DNA from: the human T2T-CHM13v2.0 reference genome, Homo sapiens
Reading direction: 5' to 3' (one strand)
DNA: 64,000 nt
Assembly: GCF_009914755.1 (NCBI RefSeq)
Contig: NC_060933.1
Below are positions 45,411-63,451 of the stretch, one piece after another (positions within the stretch are counted from its first letter, which is position 1; the number at the start of each line of letters is the position of its first letter). The notes beneath the pieces were generated by a model, which saw only the letters and a list, made by a program, of their open reading frames with translations, searched no databases and was not told where the DNA came from. A program made the position numbers and the translations under genes.

Positions 45411-45731
45411 TAGCTGGGATTACAGGTGCGTGCAACCATGCCCAGCTGATTTTTGTATTTCGAGTAGAGATGGGGTTTCACCATTGTTGGCCAGGGTGGT
45501 CTTGAACTCCTGACCTCATGATCCACCTGCCTTGGCCTCCCAAAATGCTGGCATTACAGGCATGAGCCACTGCCCCTGGCCTCAACCATTACTTTTTAAA
45601 AAACATTTCCTTCACCTCTTCTATTTTTTCTTTCTGAAATTGCAATTATTTCACTGTTGGAACTATGTTCCCTACTTCTTAGTTCTTTTTTCCTCATTGT
45701 GTAATATCTTTTTTTTTTTTTTTTTAATTGA

Positions 45732-46022
<291 letters not shown>

Positions 46023-46947
46023 TAATCTTTCTTTATACCGTGTTCTAGGTAATTTCTAATGCATAAGTTATCTCCTCATTTGTTGTTAGCTGGATGTTTA
46101 TCCCATCTATTGATTTTAATTTTAGAGACCATTTTCTGTTTCCAAGATTTGCAGTAGATTCTTTTTATAAATGCCCGTGATCATTTAATTATCTTCTATT
46201 CTTCTTTTAGGATGTTAGTCCCACTTAAGTATATTTAGTATGCTCAAAGAGATAAAAAAAAAATTAAGATGTTTCATTTAAAAAACTGTCTTCAGGTGTA
46301 AATTCTATTTGCTCTGTCTGCTGATTGGTAGTAATTTTCCTAAAGTGTATTATAATTTTGGCTTGCAGGCTCACGTTGGATTGTTTTTTCCTGTGTGTGT
46401 TTTACTCTTTTTGTGTGGCTTTAGAGTTTACTCCACCTGTCCCTCTGGCTGACATAGCTCTAGGTCAGCTGTTTCATTAGGAATTTGGGTTTTTACTTAG
46501 TGAATAGCCCAGTTCTGGACCACACTACGTGTGTTATATGTGTTATGCAGGCCCAGTGTCTATTCTCAGGGTAACTCTGTTCCCGCCACATGTAGGTGTT
46601 GGGTGGAACTTTTTTTGGCCCAGTTCCAGCAAGGAGTCTGTTTCTGGTCTTCTGTCCCATCCATGGCATGCTGGATTTCTGGAGCTTTGTATCTTTAGCT
46701 ACACTGTTTTTAGCTAAGTGCCCTTTTCCTGGGGGCTGCACGGCTTTAGTGCCCACTTAACCACTCTTAAGTTTGTCATCTGTTCCTGACCCACGAAGAT
46801 CTTACTCTTGTTATTGAGTGTAGCTAAATATTTAAATTTTTGTCTAGTTTCTTGTATATCCATCTAGAGGTACTTTATGTTTATTAAGTAATAATGTGCT
46901 TATTTTCCTTTGTTTTGTATACAAAAGTTAGCATACTATATATCCTA

Positions 46948-48048
<1,101 letters not shown>

Positions 48049-48212
48049 ACCTATACTTTGCTTTTCTTAATAAGATAGGGAGTATTTTTTTTTTTTTCTG
48101 AGAGACAGGGTCTTGCTCTGTCGCCCAGGTGGAGTACAGTGGTGCAGTCATAGCTCATGGTAGCTTCGACCTCTGGGCTCAAGCAGTCCTCCCACCTCAG
48201 TCTCCCTAGTAG

Positions 48213-48386
<174 letters not shown>

Positions 48387-49137
48387 TAGGAAGTATTTCC
48401 ATTTGGTAAATCAGAGAGCTGGCGTGGAGATTTGGTTTCTTTGTTAAAGAGACCTGCTCATTTGACCTGCATAGTTTATCTTCATCACAACAAGTAAAGA
48501 CTTTTTGTACTTTTGAATTTTTACATTGTTTTTTACATATAGTTTAAAAAATGTTTATACTCTCATTTTCTTTAATATAAAGATTAATCAGTTCTATAAT
48601 TATGACCTTAACTTCCCCATGTCCTTTAAATTCTAATCATCCATTAAATTAAATTAATAATGTACCCACTGTTTATAGGTTCCTGAGAACTATATGCTTC
48701 TATGTCTTCTTTTATGGGACATTTAAAAATTTTTAATGGTAGCAAGCACTTACATACATTTACTATGTGCTAGGACAGAAGTACAGAACAAAAGAGGAGA
48801 AATTGTTTAGAGGCAGTGATAAGGAATCCATGTCACTGAGAAATATGAAAAGATGTTCAACTGCTAGCATTAGAATCAATAATAAACTGAAGTTTTAGTT
48901 CCTTCCATTTCTCAGACATGTGCTGCATTTCTTTCAGCTGTTTTTGGGGATGCAATGTAAAATAGTTTTGTTATAGCAGTAGCTTAAGGTGAGCTGTATT
49001 AGCATTTTCAGGGTTTAAACCCCTAAAATCTCAGGTAGGTATATATTATTTTCTTGAGAACCTACAAAAAAGTCTCATTTCAGTAATTTCAGAGCAGTGT
49101 AGAACTTATCCAATGTAGGAATTGGTCATTCAGTCTA

Positions 49138-49617
<480 letters not shown>

Positions 49618-49996
49618 CTAATCTTCATAACAAGCCTGAGGAAAATCCTGTTATTCTTGTTTTACAAATCAGATAAGGATAAGTAGGATATCATGAAGTT
49701 GAGTAACTTGTTTAGAGTCAGAGGTTATAAGTAAGAGTTTATGATATAGTCTAGCACCAGAGATGTACTCTTAACATCAAATACTATACCTCCTATCTTC
49801 TTTAATTTTCACAGTAAGCCTATGAGGTAAGTATATAGAAAAGGAAACAGGCTTAGAGAGAATGTGTAACTTTCTCATGGTCTCTTGTTTCTGATCCCCA
49901 TGAACCATACCATCAAACTCTTGCACTTAAGAAAATAGTCCTGTCTTTCTACAACTTCATCTTATAACTCTTACTGCTTTTTGTCTTATCTCCCAG

Positions 49997-50085
49997 GGCC
50001 ATTTCTGAGCAGTGGAGGTTTCAAGTAATCCACTAACAACCAGTTCCAAATTCTGTCATCAAATCCTGTGCTGCTGTTCCTCGTG
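49997..50085 (+). other. RMI1: RMI1 non-coding exon 2
   Basis: Polypyrimidine tract plus CCCAG|GG acceptor; donor GTG|GTAAGT; 89 nt. Confidence 0.75.
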
Positions 50086-50513
50086 GTAAGTTTTCTTATG
50101 GACATAGTAAAACTTTAATATATTCTACTTCATAAATATCTTCATCTGTAGAAGGAACAAAGTATACTTTTGTGAACACATGATTGATTGGGCTTTACTG
50201 TTTTGCTACTGCTTTATCATACTGAGAAAATCAGAAGTTAAATATTTATATATTTGCCTGGCCAGACTTTTGAAAATATTTAGCCCAACAAATAAGATGC
50301 TTTACATCTATCAGCTCAGAGTCTGCTGTTATTTGTTATAATTTTATCTTTAGACCACATATTCAAGTACTAAATGGACAGACACAGTGGTATGTTTTAA
50401 TAGAGTTAAATTAGAACTATTGCACATACATAAAGAACATTAGTGAACATTGTTTCTTAACTAAATTTTAAATGATTAGAATGTGATTATTAGATCAATT
50501 ATAATATATTATA

Positions 50514-50850
50514 CAGTAGTCTCCCTTTCTCCGTGGTTTTGCTTTCTGTGGTTTCAGTTATCTGCAGTCAACCAAGGTCTGAAAATATTTAGCAGAAAAT
50601 TCCAGAAATAATTCATAAGTTTTAAATTTAGTGCTGTTCCGAATAGTGTGATGAAATCATACCCTGGACTTGGATCATCCCTTTGTCCAGCATATCTATG
50701 CTGTTTATGCTACCCACCCTTTAGTCACTTAGTAGCTGGTTGGTCATCGGATTTAAAAAAATAATATATATTAAGTTTGATAATATTTAGAGTTTCAGAC
50801 ATCCACTGGGGGTATTGGAGCATATTCCCCATAGATAAGGGAGGCTAATG
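50514..50850. mobile_element. MER44-type Tigger-family MITE
   Basis: Terminal CAGTAGTCTCCCTTTCTCCGTGG and inverted ...GATAAGGGAGGCTA ends. Confidence 0.7.
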
Positions 50851-51148
50851 TAACTACTGTTTACTGAATATCCTTTATAGGTCTGACATTATGCTTTACA
50901 AATATAATTCATGTGATCCTGTTAACAATCCTATAAGATAGATGGTAGTGTTGACATTTTATAGATGAAAAAACTGGTTACAGAAGTTGAGAATTTTATA
51001 TTAGGTCACATATCTTGTAACTTGACAGAGCCAGCTTTCAAACCTAGGTATAGCTGTCTCAAACCTTTTGATTTTCTCATTTTACCATCTGATTATGTGT
51101 AGTGTTTCAATTTCGACGATGTAAGATGCTGAAGAGTGAAAAATCTAA

Positions 51149-53152
<2,004 letters not shown>

Positions 53153-53327
53153 TTAAACTAAAATAGTATTAGGAACAATTAAAAACAACAAGGAAATATT
53201 TAGAATTTGTTCACAATTTTACTTATGATACTTTGTGTAAAAAGGAAAAATGAAATTTCATAGCTTATTTCAGTTTAATTTTAAAGTGTTTAATCATGTT
53301 TGTTATATGTGGAGCTTTTGAAAATAA

Positions 53328-53600
<273 letters not shown>

Positions 53601-53788
53601 TTTAATTTTTTTAAAAGTAACTGTTAGATGGAGGAATATGGTGACCCACTATTGTTGAGAAATTTGTTTTCCACTTGTCACGTCACATAAGATGATTGCT
53701 AAAATATTGTACTGGTGTTCGGTGGTGAGTCATATTTTTGAAAGTTAATAATTATAAATAGGTAATTTCCTTCTAATATGTTGGTACT

Positions 53789-53827
53789 GTCTATGGCCAT
53801 ACCACCCTGAACATGCCTGAGCTTGTC
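53789..53827 (+). pseudogene. 5S rRNA 5' fragment (nt 1-39) retro-insertion in the RMI1 3'UTR
   Basis: GTCTATGGCCATACCACCCTGAACATGCCTGAGCTTGTC vs 5S GTCTACGGCCATACCACCCTGAACGCGCCCGATCTCGTC; flanked by direct repeats TAATATGTTG(A)GTAC. Confidence 0.88.
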
Positions 53828-54335
53828 ATAATATGTTGAGTACCCAAAAGATTTGTTTATATTGTTAATCTTAGGGAAAAAAAATTAAAATCCAGTAGAT
53901 CAGAACATCAGGCTTTCAGATACAAATTGATTTACTGGTTTTTATTTTGCTGATTATAATATTTGGTATATTTAAGGTAATCTAGTTAACTAGATGCTAT
54001 TTCATAGATTATATTGAATGATTTAAAACTTTATTTTCAAGGATAGTTTATTTTAAATGGCATATTGAAAACATCATTATTAAGATCCAGTAGGTAGGAC
54101 ATTTATTGGATTAAAATGAAGCATTTATCTATGTCTTTAGGTGTCATTGTTCCCTTTCTGAATTAGCTGTACATATAAGCCTTCCTTTGGTTTTAAGTAC
54201 TGATTTTTTTTTAAAAAAAAGAGGGACTGTTTACCATTCTTCCACTGTGCTGTTATAAAGTTGTATTTGAAAGGTAATGTTGTTTTTATTAATCTTTTGT
54301 CTTAAAATAATTTAAAGTGCTTTGAATTTTAAAAC

Positions 54336-54341
54336 ATTAAA
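54336..54341 (+). terminator. Probable RMI1 poly(A) signal
   Basis: ATTAAA at the end of the AU-rich 3'UTR, with GU/U-rich sequence at ~54367-54385. Confidence 0.6.
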
Positions 54342-55269
54342 CAAATCCTTAAATAACAAAATACATTGGTGTTTTATTTTATTGAAAATAATGTAACGAA
54401 ATATCAGGAAGTAAGATAAATACATGTATGATGTATGATAATAGAAGTAGAAGAGAAAGATTTTAAAATATTTTCATTGTTGTATCAGGGTTCAAAGCAC
54501 CAGGACACAGATATTGCTAATATATGCCCTAGTAATAATCTTGTCTATATACTTGCATAGCTTTTTAATAAGTGATCTGAATGGGATAGCTTTATCTTTC
54601 ATTATCTTTTCATTAAATTTTCTCCTTCTATACTCTCATCTCTGTGAATGGGGCTTGAAAATTGGGATTAGAACTTCTTTTCATATTGTCATTAAAGACT
54701 GGCTATCGTACTTTTTATCAATCTATGCTACTATATTGGTTCTTGGTACATCCTGTTTCTAGTCTTCTCTGGCCTGGATTACTGCAGTGGTTTACTAATT
54801 GGTCTTTTATCTTATTTTGCCCTCAAACCGTACTCCATAATGTTAGCAGAGTGATCTTTCGAAAATAAGTTTCTTCTTGTTTTCTCTTCATTAACCTTTA
54901 ATACCAACCTCCTCCCACCCCATTACTTATAGGGTGAAGTCCAAACTCCTCATTGAGTAAGTAAGGACTTTCGTGATCTGGCCCCTGACTTCTTTTTTAG
55001 CCTTATCTTGCCCCATTACTCTTTGCCTCTGAGTTTTAGGGGTACCAAGTTATTTGTAGTGCACTAAACATGTGGAAGAATATACCTCTTACTTTCATAC
55101 TCATGCTTATAGTGCCTGATCCCCCTACCTTCCTAAATCATTTCCAATTCAGTTTAAGCTTTAGGTGCCTGTTACAGTGTTTCATGAATTCCCCTGCCCA
55201 CTTGCATGCTCTCCTGTACGTTGTACAGACTAATATTATGTGTGTTTTTACTGTGCTTGTTTCTCTGTT

Positions 55270-55462
55270 ATTCTGCTGCTACGTTTTTGGTAGGATAAGT
55301 CTTATGGGGCTGTCCTGTGTGCATTGTAGGATATTTAGCAACATCTTTGGCCTCTGCCCACTGGATGTGAGCAGCATCCTTCCAGCTGTGACAACCAAAA
55401 ATCTCTCCAGGCATTGCCAGATAGTCACTGGAGCTGGAGATGCCCCCAGTTGAGAACCATTG
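55270..55462. mobile_element. MER20 hAT element
   Basis: GGGGCTGTCCTGTGCATTGTAGGAT...GTGACAACCAAAAAT...GTTGAGAACCATTG. Confidence 0.75.
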
Positions 55463-55791
55463 TTCTGTTGGAATATAAGCTGCTTGACAGTATGGTTGAG
55501 GGGTTTACCTTGTAGCTCCAGTAATATTTCATCAAATCTGATCATCTTCTGTTGCCTAATATCTTTTGTGATTTCCCGTCATCCATTCCAATAGCATGGT
55601 ACTTAAAGCCCTGACATCTATGCATACACAGCATCTCAAAGAGCTGCTCTCTTTAGTGAAAGAATAGATTAGGGCCGGGCGTGGTGGCTCAAGCCTGTAA
55701 TCCCAGCACTTTGGGAGGCTGAGGCAGGCGGATCACAAGGTCAGGAGATCAAGACCATCCTGGCCAACATGATGAAACCCTGTCTCTACTA

Positions 55792-56022
<231 letters not shown>

Positions 56023-56265
56023 TTAGATTCTGGTTGGGTGGGGGAAAATGTGTTCTTTTCCCTGAGAATTTGTAGCCATAGGTCTGTGCTTATGTGGGGC
56101 TAACCAGACACTTAAAAGTTACCTGCACGGTAATCTCCGGCCTAATAATTTAACACAAAAAAGAACGATCCTAAGAGTTCCTGGGAGAAGCAAATGGGAA
56201 GAAAAAAATAAGCATAATCAGATGAGCTTTCTCTTTCTCTTGGGAGTGACTCTGCTTTCAGAGTA

Positions 56266-56850
56266 CAGTAGCCCTTTGATATCCATGAGGGACTGGTTTC
56301 GAACCTTCCACGGATACCAACATCCAGATGCTCAAGTTTCTGATATAAAATGGCACAGTATTTGCATATAACCTATGCACATACTCCCATATACTTTAAA
56401 TAATTTAATTTCTAGGTTACTTATAATTCTTTTTTTTTGTTTGAGACAGGGTCTTGTTCTGTCACCCTGGCTAGAGTGCAGTGACACAATTACAGCTTAC
56501 TTCGGCCTTGACCTCCTGGGTTCAAGTGATCCTCTTGTGTCAGCCTGCCGAGTAGCTGGGACCACAGGTGTATGCCACCACGCCCAGCTAATTAAACTTT
56601 TTTTGTAGAGATAGTGTCTCACCATGTTGGCCAGGCTGGTCTCCAACTCCTGTCCTCAAGCAATTGTCCTGCCTCTGCCTCCTAAAGTGCTTAATACAAT
56701 GTAACTGCTATGTAAATAGTTGTTATATTGTATTGTTTAGAGAATAATGACAAGGAAAAAATGTCTGTACATGTTAAGTACAGATGCATTTTAATTTTGA
56801 ATATTTCTGATCCATGGTTGGTTGAATCCATGGGTGTGAGGGTTGACCAT
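56266..56850. mobile_element. MER2 DNA transposon interrupted by an AluJ (~56428-56690)
   Basis: CAGTAGCCCTTTGATATCCATGAGGGACTGGTTTC...GATGCTCAAGTTTCTGATATAAAATGGC and distal GGTTGGTTGAATCCATGG. Confidence 0.75.
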
Positions 56851-57365
56851 ATATGTTCTTTGCTTGTTCATTCTTAAGTCTTAATTGGTTGGCCCTTGTC
56901 CTGGGTCCAGTACTGCTTGTGACTTGGAGGGTTAGTCTACCTAATTCTGGAGTTAGTAGGCACCACATGAAGCTCTCAGACATTCAGTTATTTTTAGACT
57001 TAAAAATAACAATGTAGTATGCTTGAAAAAAGACAAGATTGAAAGTTTTAGTTAACTGGGAACTGAAAAACTAAATAGATTTTTTTTTTTTTTTTTTAAA
57101 TACAGGGTCTTACTTTTTCACCCAGGCTGGAGTGCAGTGGTGCAATCATGGCTCACTGCAGCCTCGACCTCCTGGGCTCAAGCGAACCTCCTACCACAGT
57201 CTCTGGGTAGCTGGGACTACAGGTATGCGCCACCAGGCCCAGATAATTTTTTCGTGTTTTTAGTAGAAATGGGGTTTTGCCATTTCTACCTAGGCTGGTC
57301 GCAAACTCCTGAGCTCAAGCAATCTACCTGCCTTGGCCTCCAAAGTAGTGGGATTGCAGGTGTGA

Positions 57366-57515
<150 letters not shown>

Positions 57516-57571
57516 TGAAGTCGGGAGTTCAAGACCAGCCTGACCAACATGGAGAAATCCCATCTCTACTA

Positions 57572-57798
<227 letters not shown>

Positions 57799-60203
57799 TT
57801 AGTTTGGTCAGAAGAAAAAAATTCTGAATGATACATACAGAGACAAAAGGATGGAAAAGAACCGGAAAGCAATGTAACAGAAGGGCTAACATTAAGCAAC
57901 TGGAGTTCTAGAAAGAGCAAAGTAGAGAATATTTGGAGTTAATGCTTAAGAATTTCATAAAACTCATGAAGATCATCAAGCTATAGATTTCAAAAGCTCT
58001 GCAAACCTCAAGCAAAATAAATTTTAAAAATACGCATACAAATATTACTAATACAGTTGAAAAGTAAGGAAAAATTGTAGAGCAGTGACAAAAATAAGGT
58101 ATGTTACCTTCTAAGGACCAAAATGTGACAACTGACTTCTCAATACAAACAATGGGAATCAGAAGATAATGGACTGACATTTTCAAAGTGATGACATAAC
58201 TGCTAACCTAGAGTCTATAATAAGCAAAACTGTCCTTAAAAATAGGGTGCAATAGGAAAAATTAACGTTTCAGCCAGACATGGTGGCTAACACCTGTAAT
58301 CCCAACATTTTGGGAGGCTGAGGCCCATGGATCACTTGAGGTCAGGAGTTTGTGACCAACCTGGCCAACATGGTGAAACCCTGTCTCTACTAAAGATACA
58401 AAAATTAGTCGGATGTGGTGGTGTGCACTTGTAATCCCAGCTACTTGGGATACTCAGGAAGCTGAGGCAGGAGAAATGCTTGAACCTGGGAGGCAGAAGT
58501 TACAGTTGGCTGAGATCGTGTCACTGCACTCAGCCTGGGCAACAGAGTGAGACTCTGTCTCAAAAAACAAAAAGCAAAAATACTAAAACATTTCACACGA
58601 AAAATGAGAATTTCCCCCTAACAAATCCTGCACACGCACAAAAATTGCCTTTAAGCAGAGGGAGAACATTACCAGATAGAAGATTGGAGATGCAAGAAGG
58701 AATATGAATTAAAAGGGTAAATATATGGATTAAATGCATAGTGATTGTTTTTCTTTCTTTTTTTTTGGAGTCAGGGTTTTACTCTGTCACTCAGACTGGA
58801 GTACAGTGATGTGATCATGTCTCACTGCAGCTTTGAACTCTTGGGCTCAAACAATCTTCCCGCTTCAGCCTCCTTAGTAGCTGGGACTACAGGTGCATAA
58901 CACCATACCTAGCTAAGTTTAAAAAAAAATTTATAGAGACAAGGTCTCACTATGTTGTCCAGGCTGATATTGAGCTTCTGGCCTCGAGCGAACCTTCTGC
59001 CTCAGCCTCCCGAGTTGCTGGAATTACAGGCATGAGCCACTGCACCCAGCATAAATGAATAGTGATTTTAAAACAGGCCAGGCTCAGTGGCTCACACCTG
59101 TAATCCTAGCACTTTGGGAAACCAAGGTGGGTGGATTGCTTGAGGCCAGGAGTTCCAGACCACCCTGGCCAACATGGTGAAACCCTGTCTCTACTAAAAA
59201 TACAAAAATCATCTGGGTATGGTGGTGCATGCCAGTAATCCCAGCTACTTGGGAGGCTTGAGGCTTGAGGATTGCTTGAACTCAGGAGGTGGAGGTTGCA
59301 GTGAGCCAAGATCACGCCGCTGCAGCCCATCCTGGGTGACAGAGTGAGAATCTGAATTTTAAAAAGAAAAAAAAGCATATAACTTGGGAGAGGGATAAAT
59401 CAAGTTAAAATGTTTTAATGGCCTTATTTTCTGAGAAAAGATTAAGCTGTAGTTTTACATTAAACTTTTTTTCTTTTTTAAAGTTTTTATTTTTCCTTTC
59501 CAACCCTGGCCTACAGATATATTAAGCTCGAATATTCAAAGTTGCTTTTATAATACTCAGGGTAACCACTCTAAAAGATTTTTAAGATCTTAAAAGTATT
59601 GCCACCAAGCTAATGGGACAAAAATTTGATAATACAGAACAAATTGCACTCAACCCAGAGGAAGGTAGGAAAGAGGAAATAACAAAGAAAGAGTGGCATA
59701 TGGGGAAAAGCAGTTGGTGAGGTGGTAAATTTAAAGGCAAATCTATTAGAAATTGCATTAAATGTAAATAGGCTAAATCCTCTAATAAAAGAGAAACAAG
59801 ATAATAATACAGCCAATTTATAAGATGCATAAAATGCAAAGATAGAGAAAGATAAAAAGGAAAGGTTATAAAAAGATGTCTAAACATCAAAAGAAAGTTG
59901 CTGTGGCTATAATAATATCAAACAGTAGAATTTCAGTCAAAAGACTTAGTAAAGAGAAACAGTTGCTAATGATAAAAGGGCTAATTCACGAGGAAGGTTT
60001 AACAATGCTAGACATATAATTCAATAATAGCTTCTAAATTTATCAGAGAATTATAAGGAGAAATAGAAAATCCACAACCATAAAGAAAGATTACACACTC
60101 AATCAAAAATGTTGGCAGAGATACAGAAAATACAATTAAACGACCTAGTCAACATTTATAGAAAACAAATGCCTGGTACCTTCTTTTTTTTTTTTTTTTT
60201 TGA

Positions 60204-60305
<102 letters not shown>

Positions 60306-60650
60306 TGAGTAGCTGGGATTACAGGTGCCTGCCACCACATCCAGCTAATTTTTGTATTTTTAGTAGGGACGGGGTTTCACCATGTTGGTCAGGCTGGTCT
60401 CGAATTCCTGCCCCAGGTGATCCACCCGCCTCGGCCTCCCAAAGTGCTGGGATTACAGGTGTGAGCCACTGCACCCGGCCCTATAGTACACATTTTTACT
60501 GTACATGTGGAACATTTACAAAAACTGACCATCTGCTATACCATAATACAAGTCTAAATAAGATTCAAAAGATTATAACGATCCAGAGTATATTCTCTGA
60601 TCATAATTAAAGTAAGCTAGAAAAAATGGTTAGACATTTCATATATTTAA

Positions 60651-61620
60651 TAGGTTGGTGCAAAAGTAATGTGGTTTCAGACAATTTTAAATCATTATAA
60701 CTAGGCTCAAACACATCTTTATTGATCAAAATAGGAACCATTACAATCAACACATTTTTGCCAATGAGAAATAAGTTTGTTTATTCCTGTAGCATAAAAA
60801 TCTGTGCTTCAGGATTCAACAAACTCTTGGAAGGAATTTTCTGCATCCTGCTGGAAGAGTGGAAGAGTTTTCCCTGCAAAAAGTTGTCGAGATGCTTGAA
60901 GAGGTGGTAGTCGGTTGGCAAGAGATCAGGTGAATATGGCAGATGAGGCAAAAGTTTGTAGCCCAATTTGTCCAATTTTTGAAGCATTGGTTGTGCAATG
61001 TATGGCTGGGCGTTGTTGTGGAGAAGAATTGGGCCCTTCCTGTTGACCAATGCTGGCTGCAGGCATTGCAGTTTTCAGTGCATGTCATTGACTTGCTGAG
61101 CATACTTCTCAGATGGAAGGGTTTTGCTGGGGTTTAGAAACCTGTAGTGAATCAGAGTGGCAGCAGGACATCTAACAGTGTCCATCACCATTTTTTAGTG
61201 CAACTTTGGCTTTGGGAAGTACTTTGGAGCTTCTTCTCTGTCCAACCACTGAGCTGGCCATCGCCGGTTGTTGTATAAAATCCACTTTTTGTGGTACATC
61301 ACAACCCAATGGAGAAATGGGCAGTTATAGGAGGATCGGCTTCCATGATTGCTCTCAATTGATTGTTGTCAACTTCCCATGGCCGGGCACTATGCATTTT
61401 GAACTCAGATAAGAAAATCACTCAAATTTGCTTTTTGTCTAACATCATTTCCATAGTTTAAAATCAACATAAACAGCAAGTAATAAGTCATTAGCAAAAA
61501 CAATAAAGCAAAAAATGCCCATTAAAATGATGTATAACATAACCACATTTATTTAAGATCTATTCCAGTATCAAATGGCAAATTCCAACAATGCAGAAAC
61601 CATAATTATTTTTGCACCAC
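60651..61620 (-). mobile_element. Hsmar1 mariner transposon, internally deleted and defective
   Basis: TIRs TAGGTTGGTGCAAAAGTAAT (60651) and an inverted copy (~61597-61620); transposase remnants MEMMLDKKQI (ATG 61454) and NRKGPILLHNNA...YSPDLLPTDYHLFKHLDNFLQGK. Confidence 0.92.
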
Positions 61621-63107
61621 ATGATTAGAAACTATAAAACATACTCCAAAGGAACTTTGGGTTAAGGAAAAAAAACAATGAAAATTAGAAAATATTTTAA
61701 TTATAATAATAAAACATCAAAATTTATGGAATATTGCTGAAGCTGTCCTTAGAGGGAACTTCGTATCTTAATTTATTAGAAAAGAATAAAGGGCAAACAT
61801 CAATAAGCTGAGCATTTATCCCAGTAAGTTACAAAAACTGCAAATTAAGCACAAAGAAGGAAGGAAAACATAAAGAGCTGAAGTTATTTGGGACAGCTGG
61901 GTAACCACATGCAGAGGAATGAAGTTGAATTTATACCTCATACTATATACAAAAATAAGCTAAAAATGGAATAAAGACCTAAATGTAAGAACTATAACTA
62001 TAAAACTCTTTACAAGAAAATAGATGTAAATCTGTGACCATGGATGATGCAATGGTTTCTTAGATATAACGTGTATAGCACAAGCAATCAAAGAAAAACA
62101 GATTGGAGATCCTCAAAATTTTTAAAAATTGTGATCAAAGGACACTATCACGAAAATGAAATGACAACTCTCTCAGAATGGAAGAATATATTTGCAAATC
62201 ATGTTATCTGATAAGGGACTTGTATCCAGAATAGAAAAAATTCTACACCTCAGGAATAAAAAGACAAATAGCTCAATTAAAAAATGGGCAAAGTATTTGA
62301 ATAGCTATATCTTCAAAGGTACACAAATGGCTGGTAAACACATGAATAGATGCTCAGGATTATTGGTCATTAGGGAAATGCAAATAAAAGCTGTAATGGG
62401 ATACTACTTCATATCCACTAGGATGGCTATAATTGAAAAGAAGACAATGACAATTAGGATGAGGATGTGGAAAAATTGGGACCTTCATATAATGCTGATG
62501 GGAATGTGAAATGGTACAGCCACTTTGGAAAATAGTGTGGCAGTTCCTCAAAACGCTAAACAGAGTTACCATGTGATCCAGCAATTTCATTCTTACCTAA
62601 AAGAATTGAAAGGGGCCGGGCTCAGTGGCTAACGCCTGTAATCCCAGCACTTTGGGATCACGAGGTCAGGAGATCGAGACCATCCTGGCTAACACAGTGA
62701 AACCCCGTCTCTGCTAAAAATACAAAAAATTAGCCGGGCATGGTGGCAGGTGACTGTAGTCCCAGCTACTCGGGAGCCTGAGGCAGGAGAATAGCATGAA
62801 CCTGGGAGTGGAGCTTGCAGTGAGCCGAGATCGCACCACTGCACTCCAGCCTGGACGACAGAGCGAGACTGCATCTCAAAAAAAAAAAAAAAAAAAAAAA
62901 AAAAAGAATCGAAAGGGTATGCTCACAGAATAACTTGTACGTGAATGTTCGTACACATAATATCCATAACATCCATAATAGTTAATCACCGTGTTAATCA
63001 CTAGTATAAGATTAACTCGAAATATCCACAACAGTTAAATTCATTGAGACAGAAAGCAGATTAGTGGTTGCCAGGGACTGGGGAGCAGAGGCATGGGGAT
63101 GAATGGT

Positions 63108-63451
63108 GAGTGGTCCTCAACCCTTATGCCACCAGGAACCGGTTTTATGGAAGACAATTTTTCCACTGATTGGGGGTGAAGGGCAGATGGTTTTGGGATG
63201 AAATTGTTTCACCCAGATCATCAGGCTTTAATTAGATTATCATAAGGAGCATGCAACCTAGATCCCTTGCATGCACAGTTCACAATAGGGTTTGAGTTCC
63301 TATGAGAATTTAATGCCCCTGCTGATCTGACAAGAGGTGGAGCTCAGGTGGTAATGCTTGCTCTCCCACCTTTCACCTCCTGCTGTGCTGCTGGGTTCCT
63401 AAAGGGCCATGGCCCACTACCGGTCTGTGGCCTGGGGGTTGAGGACTCCTG
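63108..63451. mobile_element. MER1B hAT element inserted in an L1 3' end
   Basis: TGGTCCTCAACCC...ATGGAAGACAATTTTTCCAC...CCTAGATCCC...GGGGTTGAGGACTCCTG with inverted termini. Confidence 0.8.
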
